A DNA stretch of 64,000 bases, taken from the NCBI GenBank assembly GCA_030264375.1, contig JASCQW010000142.1:12291196-12355195 (forward strand), read 5' to 3'. Shown here in pieces: positions 12,420 through 24,476 of the stretch. The stretch is from Carcharhinus longimanus (Eukaryota). Within the stretch, counting starts at the first letter, position 1, and the number at the start of each line of letters is the position of its first letter. The translations under genes were made by a program, and so were the position numbers. Below the pieces are notes generated by a model. The model was not told the origin of the DNA, did not search any database, and worked only from the letters and a program-made list of their open reading frames with translations.

Positions 12420-13177
12420 AATTAATGGTAGGGCATTGGGGAGAGTTATAGAACAAAGAGATCTAGGGGTATATGTTCATAGCTCCTTGAAAGTGGAGTC
12501 ACAGGTGGACAGAGTGGTGAAGAAGGCATTCGGCCTGCTTGGTTTCATTGGTCAGAACATTGAATACAGGAGTTGGAATGTCTTGTCGAAGTTGTACAAG
12601 ACATTGGTAAGGCCACACTTGGAATACTGTGTGCAATTCTGGTCACCCTATTACAAAAATGATATTATTAAACTAGAAAGAGTTCAGATTTATTAGGATG
12701 CTACCAGGACTCGATGGATTGAGTTATAAAGAGAGGTTGGATAGGCTAGGACCTTTTCCTTTGAAGCATAGGAGGCTGAGAAGTAATCTTATAGAGGTCT
12801 ATAAAATAATGAGGGGCATAGATCAGATAGATAACTATCTGATAGTTATTATCTTTTCCCAAAGTTAGGGGCGTCTAAAACTAGAGGGCATAGGTTTAAG
12901 GTGAGAGGGGAGAGATACAAAAGTTTCCAGAGGAGCAATTTTTTCACACAGATGGTGGTGAGTGTCTGGAACAAGCTGCCAGAGGTAGTAGTAGAGGGGG
13001 GTATAATTTTGCCTTTTAAAAAGCATTTGGATAGTTACATGGTTACAAAGGGTATAGAAGGATATGGGGCAAATGTGGGCAATTGGGCTTAGCTTAGGGG
13101 TTTTAAAAAGAAAGGGCTGCATGGACAAGTTGGGCCAAAAGACCTATTTCCATGCTGTAAACCTCAGTGACTCTATA
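12420..13177 (+). mobile_element. CR1 LINE, 5'-truncated
   Basis: RDLGVYVHSSLKVESQVDRVVKKAFGLLGFI..LYKTLVRPHLEYCVQFWSPYYKNDIIKLERVQ and FFTQMVVSVWNKLP; ends in a GACTCTATAACT tail. Confidence 0.95.
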
Positions 13178-13552
13178 ACTGTCAAATAGGTGAATGCAAA
13201 TGCTGTTACTTTAGCACTGACCAGACAGTCATGTTTTTGAAGGTCATATTTTCCTCATCGTTGATCTTCCCGTAGGTCTATCAATAAAATTGGCTACCTC
13301 TTCTGTTATTCTGAAAATGAAAGGGAGCCATCCTAGGTAATACACTTAGGATGGGACATTTGAACCTCACTACATCAATACAACAATTCTTGGTTGCATA
13401 GCATTTGCATCAATTGAAATCAATGAAAGGAAAATTAAACTGGTTCTACAATGTCCACCAATCCACTTTATTAGTTTATGCCCAGATAGCCAAATTGGAA
13501 ACTCTCTCCCACTTCTGTAACCAAAGGTTTGATCACTATTATTCTCCATCTT

Positions 13553-13800
13553 TGCTTGGGTGTCTGTGTAGAGTTTGCACATTCTCCCCGTGTCTGCGTG
13601 GGTTTCCTCCAGGTGCTGCAGTTTCCTCCCACAATCTAAAGATGTGCGGGTTAGGTGGATTGTCCATGGTAAATTGACCCTTACTGTCAGGGGGACTAGC
13701 TATGGTAAATGCTTGGGCATAGGGCTTGGGTTGGATTGTGGTCAGTGCAGACTCGATGGGCCAAGTGGCCTCTTTCTGCACTGTAGGATTCTATGATCTA
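13553..13800 (+). mobile_element. HE1-like V-SINE, 5'-truncated
   Basis: Core gagtttgcacattctccccgtgtctgcgtgggtttcctcc and CR1-type tail ctgtaggattctatgat. Confidence 0.9.
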
Positions 13801-14748
13801 TTTGTTATTGTAAAGGAAATGGGCCTGATTTTAAACTGTCAACTATTTCATTGCTATACAATGTTTTGAAATGGTGGGTGATAAGTGCTAGCCCCAATCC
13901 CAATAGGAAACTTGAACAAGCTATCAAAACTATTTGCAATTTGTATTTTACAAGAACCTTTCTGAAGTCAGAAGAAACAAGGTGTTTATTATAACAAAGG
14001 AAAAAAAGTAAGCTTAAGGCACGAGATTTTTTTCAGAATTTACAGGTCTTTCTTGCTAATTTATGGCCACCACTTTTTAGGTAAAAGTAAACTTACCATT
14101 GCTTACCATTTGTCATTAATTGTACATTTTTTTTTGAAATACAATAGTTAACTTCAATTCACTTCTCTTATCTTCCTAAAATAAATTTCTGTGCATGCTA
14201 CCCACTGGTACTCCATCTCAGCTTTGCTCAGATCACATTGATGTTCTGAACTCTGCAGTCTACTGTCCTCAATTTAATTAAGTTACCAACACCCATACTC
14301 TCACACACAGCCTGTTTCATACAGTATATCAGAATGATGTCGGGAAAATATTGAAAAATATATTTGTTCTCAACTATAAAGGGCAGTCTTGACATTAGAG
14401 GTAAATTGGGCAACGAAATTGCTTATTTACATTTTTTTGATGTAGGTTTAGCATGCCAGTAAATGCCCAAGGTCACCAGATTAAAAATGTCAACTGAATC
14501 AATTCTTTTGAAGGTACCTAATTGATAGAAGTGGTGCTGTATTTTCTAACTTTTAACATTTTGGACTGCACCAACATTGAGAATGACATTTGGACCCATC
14601 TTCATTCTTGCCGACAGATTCAAGTTAATATGATTCAATACAAGGAAACGTTTCACATTATTTTGACTAAGGTTTAATTGAGACCCTCAACCACATACTA
14701 CGCAACCATTTAAAACAGGGTTGTGGCGTAAAACAGTTTAAACTCTGT

Positions 14749-14874
14749 GGCCGAATTTTACCGACATGCCAGCCCCGATTCCGAGGGCGGGTTCAGCTCG
14801 GAGAACGGCATTCTCCGTTGGCCTCAGGCAGGATCGTGTGAAACTTGGGCAGACGTGCTGGTAAAATTCCTCCC
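14749..14874. mobile_element. Short MITE (PIF/Harbinger-like) with terminal inverted repeats
   Basis: TIRs ggccgaattttacc...ggtaaaattcctccc, with a 3-bp TGT on each flank and a CpG-rich interior. Confidence 0.65.
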
Positions 14875-15699
14875 TGTAAGTCCAATAATAGTCCTAGGAA
14901 CTAGAATAATGCAGCTGTTATTATTGCTCTTGCCACACCTAGTGGTGCACTTGGCAGAACATTACCTGTCCGCATAGCACAGTTTTTCCTGGAACATGTA
15001 GCTGGCCTGTCATTAAAGGCTTTATAGATTTGTAGGGGTGGGGGGAGGGGCAGGGAGCACTCAGCATCAAGCAGGTCTGACCAGGAGTCTTTCCTGTTCT
15101 TACCACTATTGGCATGTTAGAAGGATTTTGCAGTTTGTTATTAACCTGTTAGCGGCGTTGTGAGGTGGGACTCAAAACTGGAACTTCTGGCAAAGAGGCA
15201 GCGACGCTCCCCACTGTGCCACAAGACCTCCTATAATGTAACTGTGGCAATAAATTAATCTTATGTTCATTTATGTGAGGCTATTTTTATATTTTGCAGT
15301 GTTACCAATTTAACCAAAACGCAGGTGATGACGGCTCTTCATATTGTCCATCTGCCAATGCAACTAAATTATATTTAACCTAGCAGGATGATAGCAGGTG
15401 CTGTCTTGTGTTCTGCACAGATGCTGCACACATGATTGAAGTCATTTCAGGAATATATTTGATGGGATTTCAACTTCCTCGGAGTTTTCTACATCACTGC
15501 TAGTTGGTGTGTTCTTTCACAACTTGAATTTTAAATGCTAAATATCATGAAGAAAAGTAGTTGATTTTATGTGGAACATGTGAAAAGGGCATGGTTTTCC
15601 AAATGTTCCTCATAAATTTTGGACAAATTCTGAATGCAGCAGTAATAAAGAAAATAATTGAGAGAGAAATCCTCAGCACTGAACTCTTCAAAGCCAACC

Positions 15700-16000
15700 T
15701 TCAAAGTGCAAGGTACTCAATGCACCTTGGACATTCTCTCTTCCCACCTTCTTCCGTCAGGAAAAAAATGTAAAAGTCTGAGATCACTCACCAAATGATT
15801 CAAGAACAGCCTCTTCCCTGTTGCTGTCAGACTTGAATGGACTTACCTTGTATTAAGTTGATCTTTCTCTACACTCTAGCTATGACCACAACATTCTGCA
15901 CTCCCTCATTTCCTTTTCTATGAACGTTGATAGCGTGCACGAATCAATACTTTTCACTGTATGCTAATACATGTGACAATAATAAATCAGATCAAATCAT
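15700..16000 (+). mobile_element. Rex1/Babar-type LINE 3' end
   Basis: Homologous, in opposite orientation, to 3310-3620; ends aataataaatcagatcaaatca. Confidence 0.75.
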
Positions 16001-16351
16001 GTCCTCCCCTACAAGCATAAAACCAGAATTGAATGTTTCATGTTTGTCTGAAATGCATTAGAAATGAATGTAATGACAAAATTGGTATTGCTATTACATT
16101 CACTTTTTANNNNNNNNNNNNNNNNNNNNNNNNNNNNNNNNNNNNNNNNNNNNNNNNNNNNNNNNNNNNNNNNNNNNNNNNNNNNNNNNNNNNNNNNNNN
16201 NNNNNNNNNCACGCAAGACCTTTTAAACAGAGGCTGTCCCTTTAAAAAAGGCAAAGTTTTACCCAAGGAGAAAATGTAGACTATAATGTACCATATTTGA
16301 CACTTCAGAAGTAGAACATTTTCTATGAATTCATTTTAATGGCAATTATGG

Positions 16352-16379
16352 CTAGCAGTGGGTTCCAACAAATGAAGAG
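16352..16379 (-). CDS. FRS3: Putative alternative terminal coding exon of FRS3 (encodes FSSFVGTHC*, then continues as 3'UTR)
   Basis: Strong acceptor cctttttctatgttttgttacag|. It joins in frame to the donor CCATT|GTAAGC at 18832/18831, and the spliced junction is present at 11652/11651. Confidence 0.65.
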
Positions 16380-16796
16380 CTGTAACAAAACATAGAAAAA
16401 GGATTAAAAACAAACATGAAATGGATATCTGACCTACTCCAGTAAAACCATCCTCCCCCTTTCTCTGCATCATCCCACATTGTCACCACCCCACAGAATG
16501 TGCAATACTATGTCAACGCCCAAAGAAAAGCAAAACCCAATTAGTGTTTTTTTCCTGACACTTCAAACACACAAAAGATAAATAGAAATATAAAATATAT
16601 GCAAAATAAGTTTAAAAATATGATTTATTTAATTTCAATCTTCAGATGATTTCTATAAAAGGCAAGAGCAGCCAGGGTTCTGACTCCCTGATTGTTGTTG
16701 ATGAATCTGATTGGAAAGAACTTTATAAATAGTAAGTGTTTTCAGTCATGGGCTACATGAGAATGGCAAATTGTTGCAGAGGATAAATAACTGCCT

Positions 16797-17049
16797 TCAC
16801 TGTGCAGAGTTTGCATGTTCTCCCCGTGTCTACGTGGGTTTTGTCCAGGTGCACCGGTTTCCTCCCACAGTCCAAAGATGTGCGGGTTTGGTTGATTGGC
16901 CATGTTAAATTGCCCCTCAAGTGTCAGGCTGACTAATAGGATAAATTCTTGGGGTTACAGGGAGAGGGCCTGGGTGGGTTTATGGTCAGTGTGGGCTTGA
17001 TGGGCCAAATGGCTTCTTTCGGCACTGTAGGAATTCCATGGTTCTATGA
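16797..17049 (+). mobile_element. HE1-like V-SINE, 5'-truncated
   Basis: Same core and tail as the full copy at 28853-29193. Confidence 0.9.
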
Positions 17050-17584
17050 AGCGAGGGGTAAAAAAATAAAAAGAATCAACGTAGGACTGCCATATTGTAT
17101 CCCAAATTATTTTGTTATACTGTAATGCAATAATTTAACAGCTGAAAAATGTAAATTCAAAAAATGTTCACAATTCGCGAAAGTCCTTAACAAGGAAAAA
17201 CCATATCATTTCAAAACCAAATTTCTTCTGCAGATCTCTCCTTTACAACTCCAATTAAATTAATTACTTTTGGTTTTCACTTGTGGCTCAATGGGTTAAA
17301 TCATCCCACTGTGCATTGCTAAGCCTACAAAGCAGAGTTAAACACACTACACACAGGACAACCAGTAAGTGAAAAAAACAAGTCCAGTGATTGAACTCTA
17401 CATAACAGAACAAATGGGTATGTTAATGCACAGATTTATAGTGCTGTGCCTTGAGGTCCTTGACAAAACATCGAGATCCTGACCAGAAGCACCACACAAA
17501 CATTGAGTATGGTTGGTGAAATGACACCATTTTATTTACGTGTAGCATGTTGCATTGTGCATCACTTGACGCTATAGTCAACAT

Positions 17585-18133
17585 GGGGTTACACAGTGGT
17601 TATAGCATTGCTGCCTCACAGCGCCAAGGACCCGGGTTCAATTCCAGTATTGGGTTTGTGACTGTGTGGGGAGCTTGCATATTCTCTCAGTGTTAGCGTG
17701 GGTTTCTTCCAGGTGCTCTAATTTCCTCTCAGTCTTAAGACATGCAGGTTAGGTGGACTGGCCATGCTAAGTCACTCCTTAGTGTCCCAAGAGTTACGGG
17801 TTAGGTGGACTGGCCATGCTAAATTGCTCCTTAATGACTCAAGGTGTGTAGGTTATATTGGTAAACCATGGTAAATGTGCGAGGTTAATGGGAAAAGGTG
17901 GGAATGCCTGGTGGGATGCTTTTTTGGAGTCACAGCAGACTTGATGAGCCCGATGGCCTCTTTTTGGACTGTATGATTCGTGGGCTGTTGGCTGTGATAA
18001 ATTGTTCCTTAGTGTCAAGGGGATTATCAGGGTAAATATGCAGGGCTTTGGGGATAGAGCCTAGTGGAATTGTTGTTGGTGCAGACTTGATAGGCCAAAT
18101 GGTTTCTTCTACACTGTAGGGGTTCTATGATTC
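17585..18133 (+). mobile_element. HE1-like V-SINE, compound copy with internal duplication and two tails
   Basis: tRNA-like head (gggttcaattcc B box), a repeated ggttaggtggactggccatgctaa, and two successive gcagacttgat..tggc..ctgta tails. Confidence 0.8.
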
Positions 18134-18329
18134 TTCAGCTTTGTATTTCATGTATTTTATGATGTGTATTTTTATAGATCGATGGGTTGGCAGGGAGGGG
18201 GGAGTCTATATGGGAGGAGTGCATACTTAGTCTGGCTCTGCTGAAATATCACAACCTCACTTGGGCATTCTGCTATGCTTTTGATTCAGATTTCCAACTG
18301 CCTTTTCATAAATAGATAGAAAGCGGCAG

Positions 18330-18527
18330 TTCTACCTGGCCCTCCCCTATTTCAACAGCATAAAACCAATCACGTTTCTATTTCTCTTCAATTCCGAAGA
18401 GAATAGTGGACTTTGAAACATTAGCAGTTTCTCACGCCACAGATGTTGTCGGACCTGCTGAATTTTTCCCCAGCATTTTCTGGTTTTAATTTCAGATTTC
18501 CAGTATCTGTGGTATCTCACTTTTATT
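18330..18527 (+). mobile_element. Penelope-like element terminal fragment
   Basis: Similar to the right arm of the 45420-45633 element (ccacagatg.tgtc.gacctgctga.tttt.ccagcatttt...ttcagatt.ccag). Confidence 0.6.
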
Positions 18528-18827
18528 ACTCAAAACAGCAAGATGTGATTTGATCCACGATTTTTGTGGATCGGCTGACCTGGGCAGGGAGGTTGTAGAG
18601 ATGCTAACAAAATCAACCAGGATGCATAACTGTCATTATTATTCCTAACAGAAAAGAGGCATAGGTGGAAACAAAAGTTCAGCTGCACTACACCTCATGG
18701 CCAAATAGCTGCTCAGGTCCATGCAGCAAGCACAGTGACTTGGGTCGAGCAACAGAATGGGACTGCACCCTAATCTGAACAGGAAGATGTAAATACTAAT
18801 AATCTCAAGGATGGAAATTGTTGATGC

Positions 18828-19781
18828 TTACAATGGCAGATCTGTACTGTTGTGCCTTGTCTTCCTTGATGTCCCATCATCCCTTGGTAGTGCTTTTTGC
18901 AAACTGGACATAGCAGCTGTCTTTTTAATGTCTATCACAGCGTAAAACTCAGTCCTACGTGTCGGAGTTGGCGGGACTGGAGTGCTGGGCATTTTGGGGG
19001 TCTGGGGGTTATCCGAGTCACTCCCACCCTCCAGCTCCACTTGGATGTAGTTTAATTGTCTTTGTTCGGGGCACGGACGCTTAAAGTCAAAGCTGAAGAC
19101 ATTTGGAGTGCAATCCCGCCGCCGGGTGAAGTCTACTTTATGCAAACCAGGTTGAATAGTTACATTCTCAGTATTGACATAGTTCCGCAATGGGTCAATG
19201 TTATTATGGTATCCATTTTGTGGAGGAGTTCCAGGGTCACTCCAATCCTCTTCCTCCCGCCTTTGTGTCTGACTTTCCCACACAGGAGGTAAAGAGGGTA
19301 GGTTTTCATAGTTCAGCATGGCTGTCTTCCTATGAGCACAATTGTTAAGGTTCTGGCCATCCCCACCCATCTTGAGCCGACCTCGTCGTAATCCTGCGCC
19401 AGCAGACACAAGTAAACCATTAATATTCTCATAAGTCATCTTGTTGTTAGACGCACAAGCCATGCTGTACTCTGCGCCATCCTGGAAATTATCTCGGTCC
19501 ACAAAACTCAAGCCACCACCACTGTATTCAGTGTGATCTTTATGCCTCTCTATCCTTTCACGCTCCATTATCCGTTTCTGAACTGGCGTTGGTCCCAGGA
19601 CAAACTTGACCTCCCCAGGCTGCATGAGGACTTGAGGAGTTCTGTCCTCCGTTGCAGGACAGTGATTTGCGTGGCTTCGCATCATTTCAGAGATGGATGG
19701 CCGTGTCTCTGTTAGACCATGAACACAGGGTCTTTTCTTCCTCTCCTCATCAACATTAGAAGTATTCACGTACGTGTGAAC
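18828..19781 (-). CDS. FRS3: FRS3 (FRS2-beta/SNT-2)-like adaptor, coding exon 5 with GRB2/SHP2 docking tyrosines and stop codon
   Basis: Acceptor ttccctgcag|GTT, phase 0, 317 aa. Reads VHTYVNT..VKFVLGPTPVQK..YENI..YENLPSLPPVWE..YVNTENV..LNYIQVEL..YAVIDIKKTAAMSSLQKALPRDDGTSRKTRHNSTDLPL*. Family assignment is firm; paralog assignment is less certain. Confidence 0.93.
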   Translation of the reverse strand, partial: VHTYVNTSNVDEERKKRPCVHGLTETRPSISEMMRSHANHCPATEDRTPQVLMQPGEVKFVLGPTPVQKRIMERERIERHKDHTEYSGGGLSFVDRDNFQDGAEYSMACASNNKMTYENINGLLVSAGAGLRRGRLKMGGDGQNLNNCAHRKTAMLNYENLPSLPPVWESQTQRREEEDWSDPGTPPQNGYHNNIDPLRNYVNTENVTIQPGLHKVDFTRRRDCTPNVFSFDFKRPCPEQRQLNYIQVELEGGSDSDNPQTPKMPSTPVPPTPTRRTEFYAVIDIKKTAAMSSLQKALPRDDGTSRKTRHNSTDLPL

Positions 19782-19937
19782 CTGCAGGGAAAGGGGCCAC
19801 AAAATGTTGATTAAAAAAAAACAGTCACTACACACTTAGGATTTGTAAATGTAACCAAGAAGTTAAATCAGGACTGAACATGGATCAGACAGTCATATAA
19901 TTAGAGGAAACAAAATCATTTAACTTGCTCATAATAT

Positions 19938-20225
19938 TAAGAACATAAGAAATAGGAGCAGGAGTAGGCCATCTAGCCCTTCGAGCCTGCCCCGCCATTC
20001 AATAAGATCANNNNNNNNNNNNNNNNNNNNNNNNNNNNNNNNNNNNNNNNNNNNNNNNNNNNNNNNNNNNNNNNNNNNNNNNNNNNNNNNNNNNNNNNNN
20101 NNNNNNNNNNAAAAAGTTATTCAATACCTTAGCCATATCCCCATCCCCTACCACTAGGTCCCCTTTCTCATCCTCTAAAGGACCAACTTTCACCCTAGCC
20201 AGCCTCTTCCTTTTTATATATTTAT
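19938..20225 (-). mobile_element. Young CR1 LINE spanning an assembly gap
   Basis: The tail aagaacataagaaataggagcaggagtaggcc is near-identical to those at 31700 and 56635. VKVGPLEDEKGDLVVGDGDMAKVLNNF lies on the far side of the gap. Confidence 0.85.
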
Positions 20226-21166
20226 AATATATATATATTTATTTATTTTTATATATATATAAAAATATATATTTTATATATTTATAATATTGTATGTAAT
20301 ACAAACTGCTTTACTTCAACTTACAACTGAAGAGATTCTCAGTCCACAGGCCTGTTCCGTATTCTATCAACGGAGAACACTGCTTTATTTTCTTAATTTT
20401 ATCCAATTAAAAAATATCTATAATTTACCAGAATCAATCATCTGTCCAATGTCCTAAAGGTTCCATTGCTACATTGTGAAATTAGGTTGAACATTATTAA
20501 GGCGGCAATAATTTAGCATGCGACTGATTTCCCTCCTTGCTGAGAAATTTGGTTAGGTTGGTATCATAACAGAATTTGGATTTAATTTTTCATTGGAAAA
20601 ATGAAAGACTATTTCACATCACTTTATTCACTTTTAAACACACTCTAGCACAACAATACTGTTTTCTTATCAAATAATTAGCTAGAATTTTAATACTATG
20701 TTAATCTATGTTGACAACAAATTCAACAGTCCAAATTAATGCTTACCTAGAACACTTAACCATTTGGATATTGCCATGAATCATGTGCAGTAGAGGATAG
20801 GCTGTGCATTGTACATCTCATTTACATGTCAAATGTGACATTTCTTGTACATTTATAGGTTAAAGCAATTTCCAGTATATGCCAGAAGATATACTTTCTG
20901 ATCAAGCAGATAAGTTAAGGAAATGCCTGCTTGAGTGCTTTAATAGATTTAACACTACACTTATCCAGAGGTTATTGCTGAGTTGAATTCGGTACTTAAT
21001 TCTGATCATTTCATGACAGCAATTGTGTAATGCATTTACACTTGTCTTCGACTGTGCGGAATATAGGTTCTTTCTTGACAAGTATCACTGTGTAAAGCAG
21101 CTCACTTATCTTCCAGCAGATAGGAACAGGAGTAGGCCATTCAGCTCCAGAATTCCTACACCTTTA

Positions 21167-21545
21167 CTTTATTCATTCGTAGGACATGGGCACCTCTGGC
21201 TGGCCAGCATTTATTGCCCAGCCCTAGCTGCCCCTGAACTGAGTGGCTTGCTAGGCCATTTCAGAGGGTAGTTGAGAGTCAGCCACATTGCTGTGGCTCT
21301 GGAGTCACATGTAAAGCAGACCAGGTATGGACGGCAGGTTTCCTTCCCTGAAGGACACTAGTGAATCAGATGGGTTTTTCTGACAATACTTTCAGGATCA
21401 TCAGTAGATTCTTAATTCCAGATAGCTCTACTAAATTCAAGTTCCACCATCAGCCATGGTGGGATTCAAACCAGGGTCCCCAGAACATTAGCTGAGTTTC
21501 TGAATTAACAGTCTAGTGAGAATACCACTCGGCCATTGTCTCCCT
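21167..21545 (-). mobile_element. tRNA-derived SINE, family B
   Basis: Reverse complement of the element at 61954-62318 (head, core and gggcaataaatgctggccagcc tail). Confidence 0.85.
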
Positions 21546-21909
21546 CTCGTTTAACAAAAATATAGCAATCACAAATGTGAAATTTGCAACTCACCTGGTA
21601 CCTGGACTTTGNNNNNNNNNNNNNNNNNNNNNNNNNNNNNNNNNNNNNNNNNNNNNNNNNNNNNTATAGACCAAAAGCTTCTTCTGTCTTTTCAAATGTT
21701 GACATTTGTTGTTTATCCCCATATTAACGTTATATAGCTGTATATCTCCCAAGTCCAAATTGCTTTCCAACAATGAATAATGTCATCAAAATAATATGAA
21801 AGGGGGCAAGTTCATGAACCCAAAAAAAATCACTTTTTTTGTATTACCGCAATATTTTAAGTCCAAAACGATTCAGCAAACTAAATGTCATAAATGGATG
21901 TGTACACAC

Positions 21910-22076
21910 CTGATCATCACCTCCTATGATCAAAGGATGCGTAGAATCTTCACCCACTGAGGAGAGGCGTGCACTTCCTATGGAGGGATGTCGAGTTGAT
22001 GGGTGAGAGGAGCCATCACCCATTGGTGGATAGCAAGGGAACCCATTTGGAAATCCTGGCACAGCAAAACCAGGGG
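21910..22076 (-). CDS. FRS3: FRS3-like coding exon 4
   Basis: ttttttcag|CC...CAG|gtgtgt, 167 nt, phase 1 to 0. Reads (T)PGFAVPGFPNGFPCYPPMGDGSSHPSTRHPSIGSARLSSVGEDSTHPLIIGGDDQ. Confidence 0.92.
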
Positions 22077-22619
22077 CTGAAAAAAATCATTTGTATTCAG
22101 CTTTACTGCAGAATATTGAACTGCAGGTGCATATTCGCAAACTATTCCAAAACCCTTTCCAGTTATGTGGCTCTGTATTTGTTCCTTTACCTCTAACCCT
22201 TTCACCTTCATGGGAACATCATTCCATGAAATTCAAATGGAAAATAATCGTTATATTACAACAAGAATCACACCAGCAAGATATATGGTAAACAAAATCA
22301 GCTTCCTCTTCCCCAAAGTGGAAGTAATCATGTACTCTATAGAGGCAAAAGTAACAGATAAATTTGGGATTTTGGCTTCATACCTTGTTTTATTGGTATT
22401 AGGAGGGTGTCAGGTAAGTAACAAGTGAAACATAGTTATTTAAATCCTAGCAAACAACAAGCCTCTTGTCTCTTCAGACTTAACTGTAGTCCTACAAAGA
22501 TATAGAGGCTGTTGAAATAACTCGATTTATATGGACAGAATAAGAGGTCTTTTATCCCATCCGACCACTACTTTCCTTCTGCACCCATCATTAAATATAA
22601 TTTAAGTTATTCATAACTG

Positions 22620-24345
22620 CACTTTCAAACTACATCAAACTTTTGTCATTTGATTCACCACAATATTTCTACAATTGCTCATTGACTCAATCATTCCCTC
22701 ACCTTCACTTTTAATGTCCTGGTCGCCCCACCCCCAACAAATATTTTCCGAGGATCTTTCTCTCACCATCACAACCGTGAACTTGTGTCTTTTTCTACAA
22801 TTTCTGTTGTCACCCCTTATGACCTCTTCGAGCTCATGTCATCAACAAGATCTAATTCCTACTCACTTGACCTATTCCCACAAAATTGCCTTCAATCCAA
22901 CATCTCTCCCTGGCCTTCCAGCCAGCTAAGATTGCAAATATTTCAGTCTTTTAGTTACTATAGCTTCATCACCACAATGCCCCAACCACCCCCCACTTTG
23001 AAAGCTAGAGTTGTTACTATCTACTTCTTTGTCCTTGCAACCTAAATCGCTTCATCCCCAATTTCCTTTACATCTCCAAAGTTCTTAAACATTGTACTGC
23101 CTCCTGAATAAGTACCCATCCTTTGCACACCATCCCATCTGAATCACTCCCAAAAGATTTCCAACCTGCCATAGCATCAATGTCCCTAAATACTTGGCAC
23201 AACTGAGCACCACCATGACTGTGGTGCCTTATCCTTCAGTCTTCCCTCTGGAACCTTTGAGTCAGCCTCACCATTCTCTCCAACTGTATTCTGTTGTCCA
23301 ACTCAATGAGATTTGTGCTTGGTTCCACTCTTACCAACACAACTGAATGCAGAGAGTTGGCAGCAATGACTTTTCTTTCAATGTCCCTCCACCACAACAA
23401 CTAGAGTCCCCCAAATATTTATTCTCGGGCGTCAGCTCTTCCTTATTACATGTTGCCCTTGGTAAATCATCCAGACACGGGATCAGTTACCACTTATATG
23501 CTGATAACACTCACTTCTATCACTCAATCACCATTTAAAATCTGCCCATGGCCTCACTCCTCCCCATCTCTTTAATTTTCCTCATTCCTACAATCCTCTA
23601 ATATGCCTGTGTTCGTCTTGAGCATCTGTACTTAACTGCTCCATTATTGATGACTAGGAAACAAGCTCTGGAATTCCCTCTCTAGCCTTATCATTTCTTT
23701 TTCCTCCTTAAAACCTACCATCAAACAAACTTTTGGCCATCTACCTTCACATCTCCTGTGGGCCCATGTCAAATTTTGTTTCATAAACAATCCAGTAATG
23801 CATCTTGGGACATTTAGTTACAATAAAGGCACTATATAAATACAAGGTGTTGTTGCCTCAGTGTTGTCAAGCAGAGTGTTCAAAATCCTGGACTTCTATC
23901 CTGCACCCTCCTAGCCATCATAAACTTTAGTTCATCCAAAACCCAACTACCCATATTTTGTTTCCCATTTACCTAACACCCTGCCTTTGCTGACCTATAC
24001 TGATGCACTGAAGTACTCAAACTTGATTTAAATCTCTTCATAGCCCTGTCCCTTTCCATTATGCAACCTCTTCAAGCAACGCTCCCCCTCCCCTGCCAAT
24101 TCCCGTCCCCTTCACTTCTTTGGTAGCCACGCCTTCAACCATTTAGGCCTCATGTTCTGTAATTTGCTCCCTGACTCTTCCATATTTCAACATCTCCTTT
24201 TCAATGGCTCCTGAAAATCAACTTCTTCATCCAAACATCATCACTCCTAGTAGCTTTCTCTTGGCCTTCACATTCACCTCAGTGGAGCACCTTGGGACAT
24301 TTGTTCTGCATTAAGAACACTATATCAATGCAAGTTGTTGTTGTA
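22620..24345 (+). mobile_element. Decayed L2-type LINE fragments (two 3' ends)
   Basis: GISYHLYADNTHFY resembles the YADDTQLY RT motif (~23480-23520). Tails taaaggcactatataaatacaaggtgttgttg (~23855) and taagaacactatatcaatgcaagttgttgttg (~24343). Confidence 0.7.
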
Positions 24346-24476
24346 AGTGATTGGAATTATACAGTGGATAATTCGGCCTTAGGGAATAGAAAATATCCAA
24401 TTAACTAATCCAATAAAACACAATCCATTTTCCCTCAAACCTAAAAATCCCAGAAACATCCTCCACAATCACTCAC

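Noticed and set aside
19782-19835. N-terminal 18 aa of the 335-aa ORF (MCSDCFFLINILWPLSLQ)
   Set aside because: Intronic read-through upstream of the AG acceptor at 19783-19782; FRS homology starts at VHTYVNT.
20210-20292. AT-only quasi-palindromic stretch
   Set aside because: Low-complexity expansion at the truncated 5' end of a CR1 copy.
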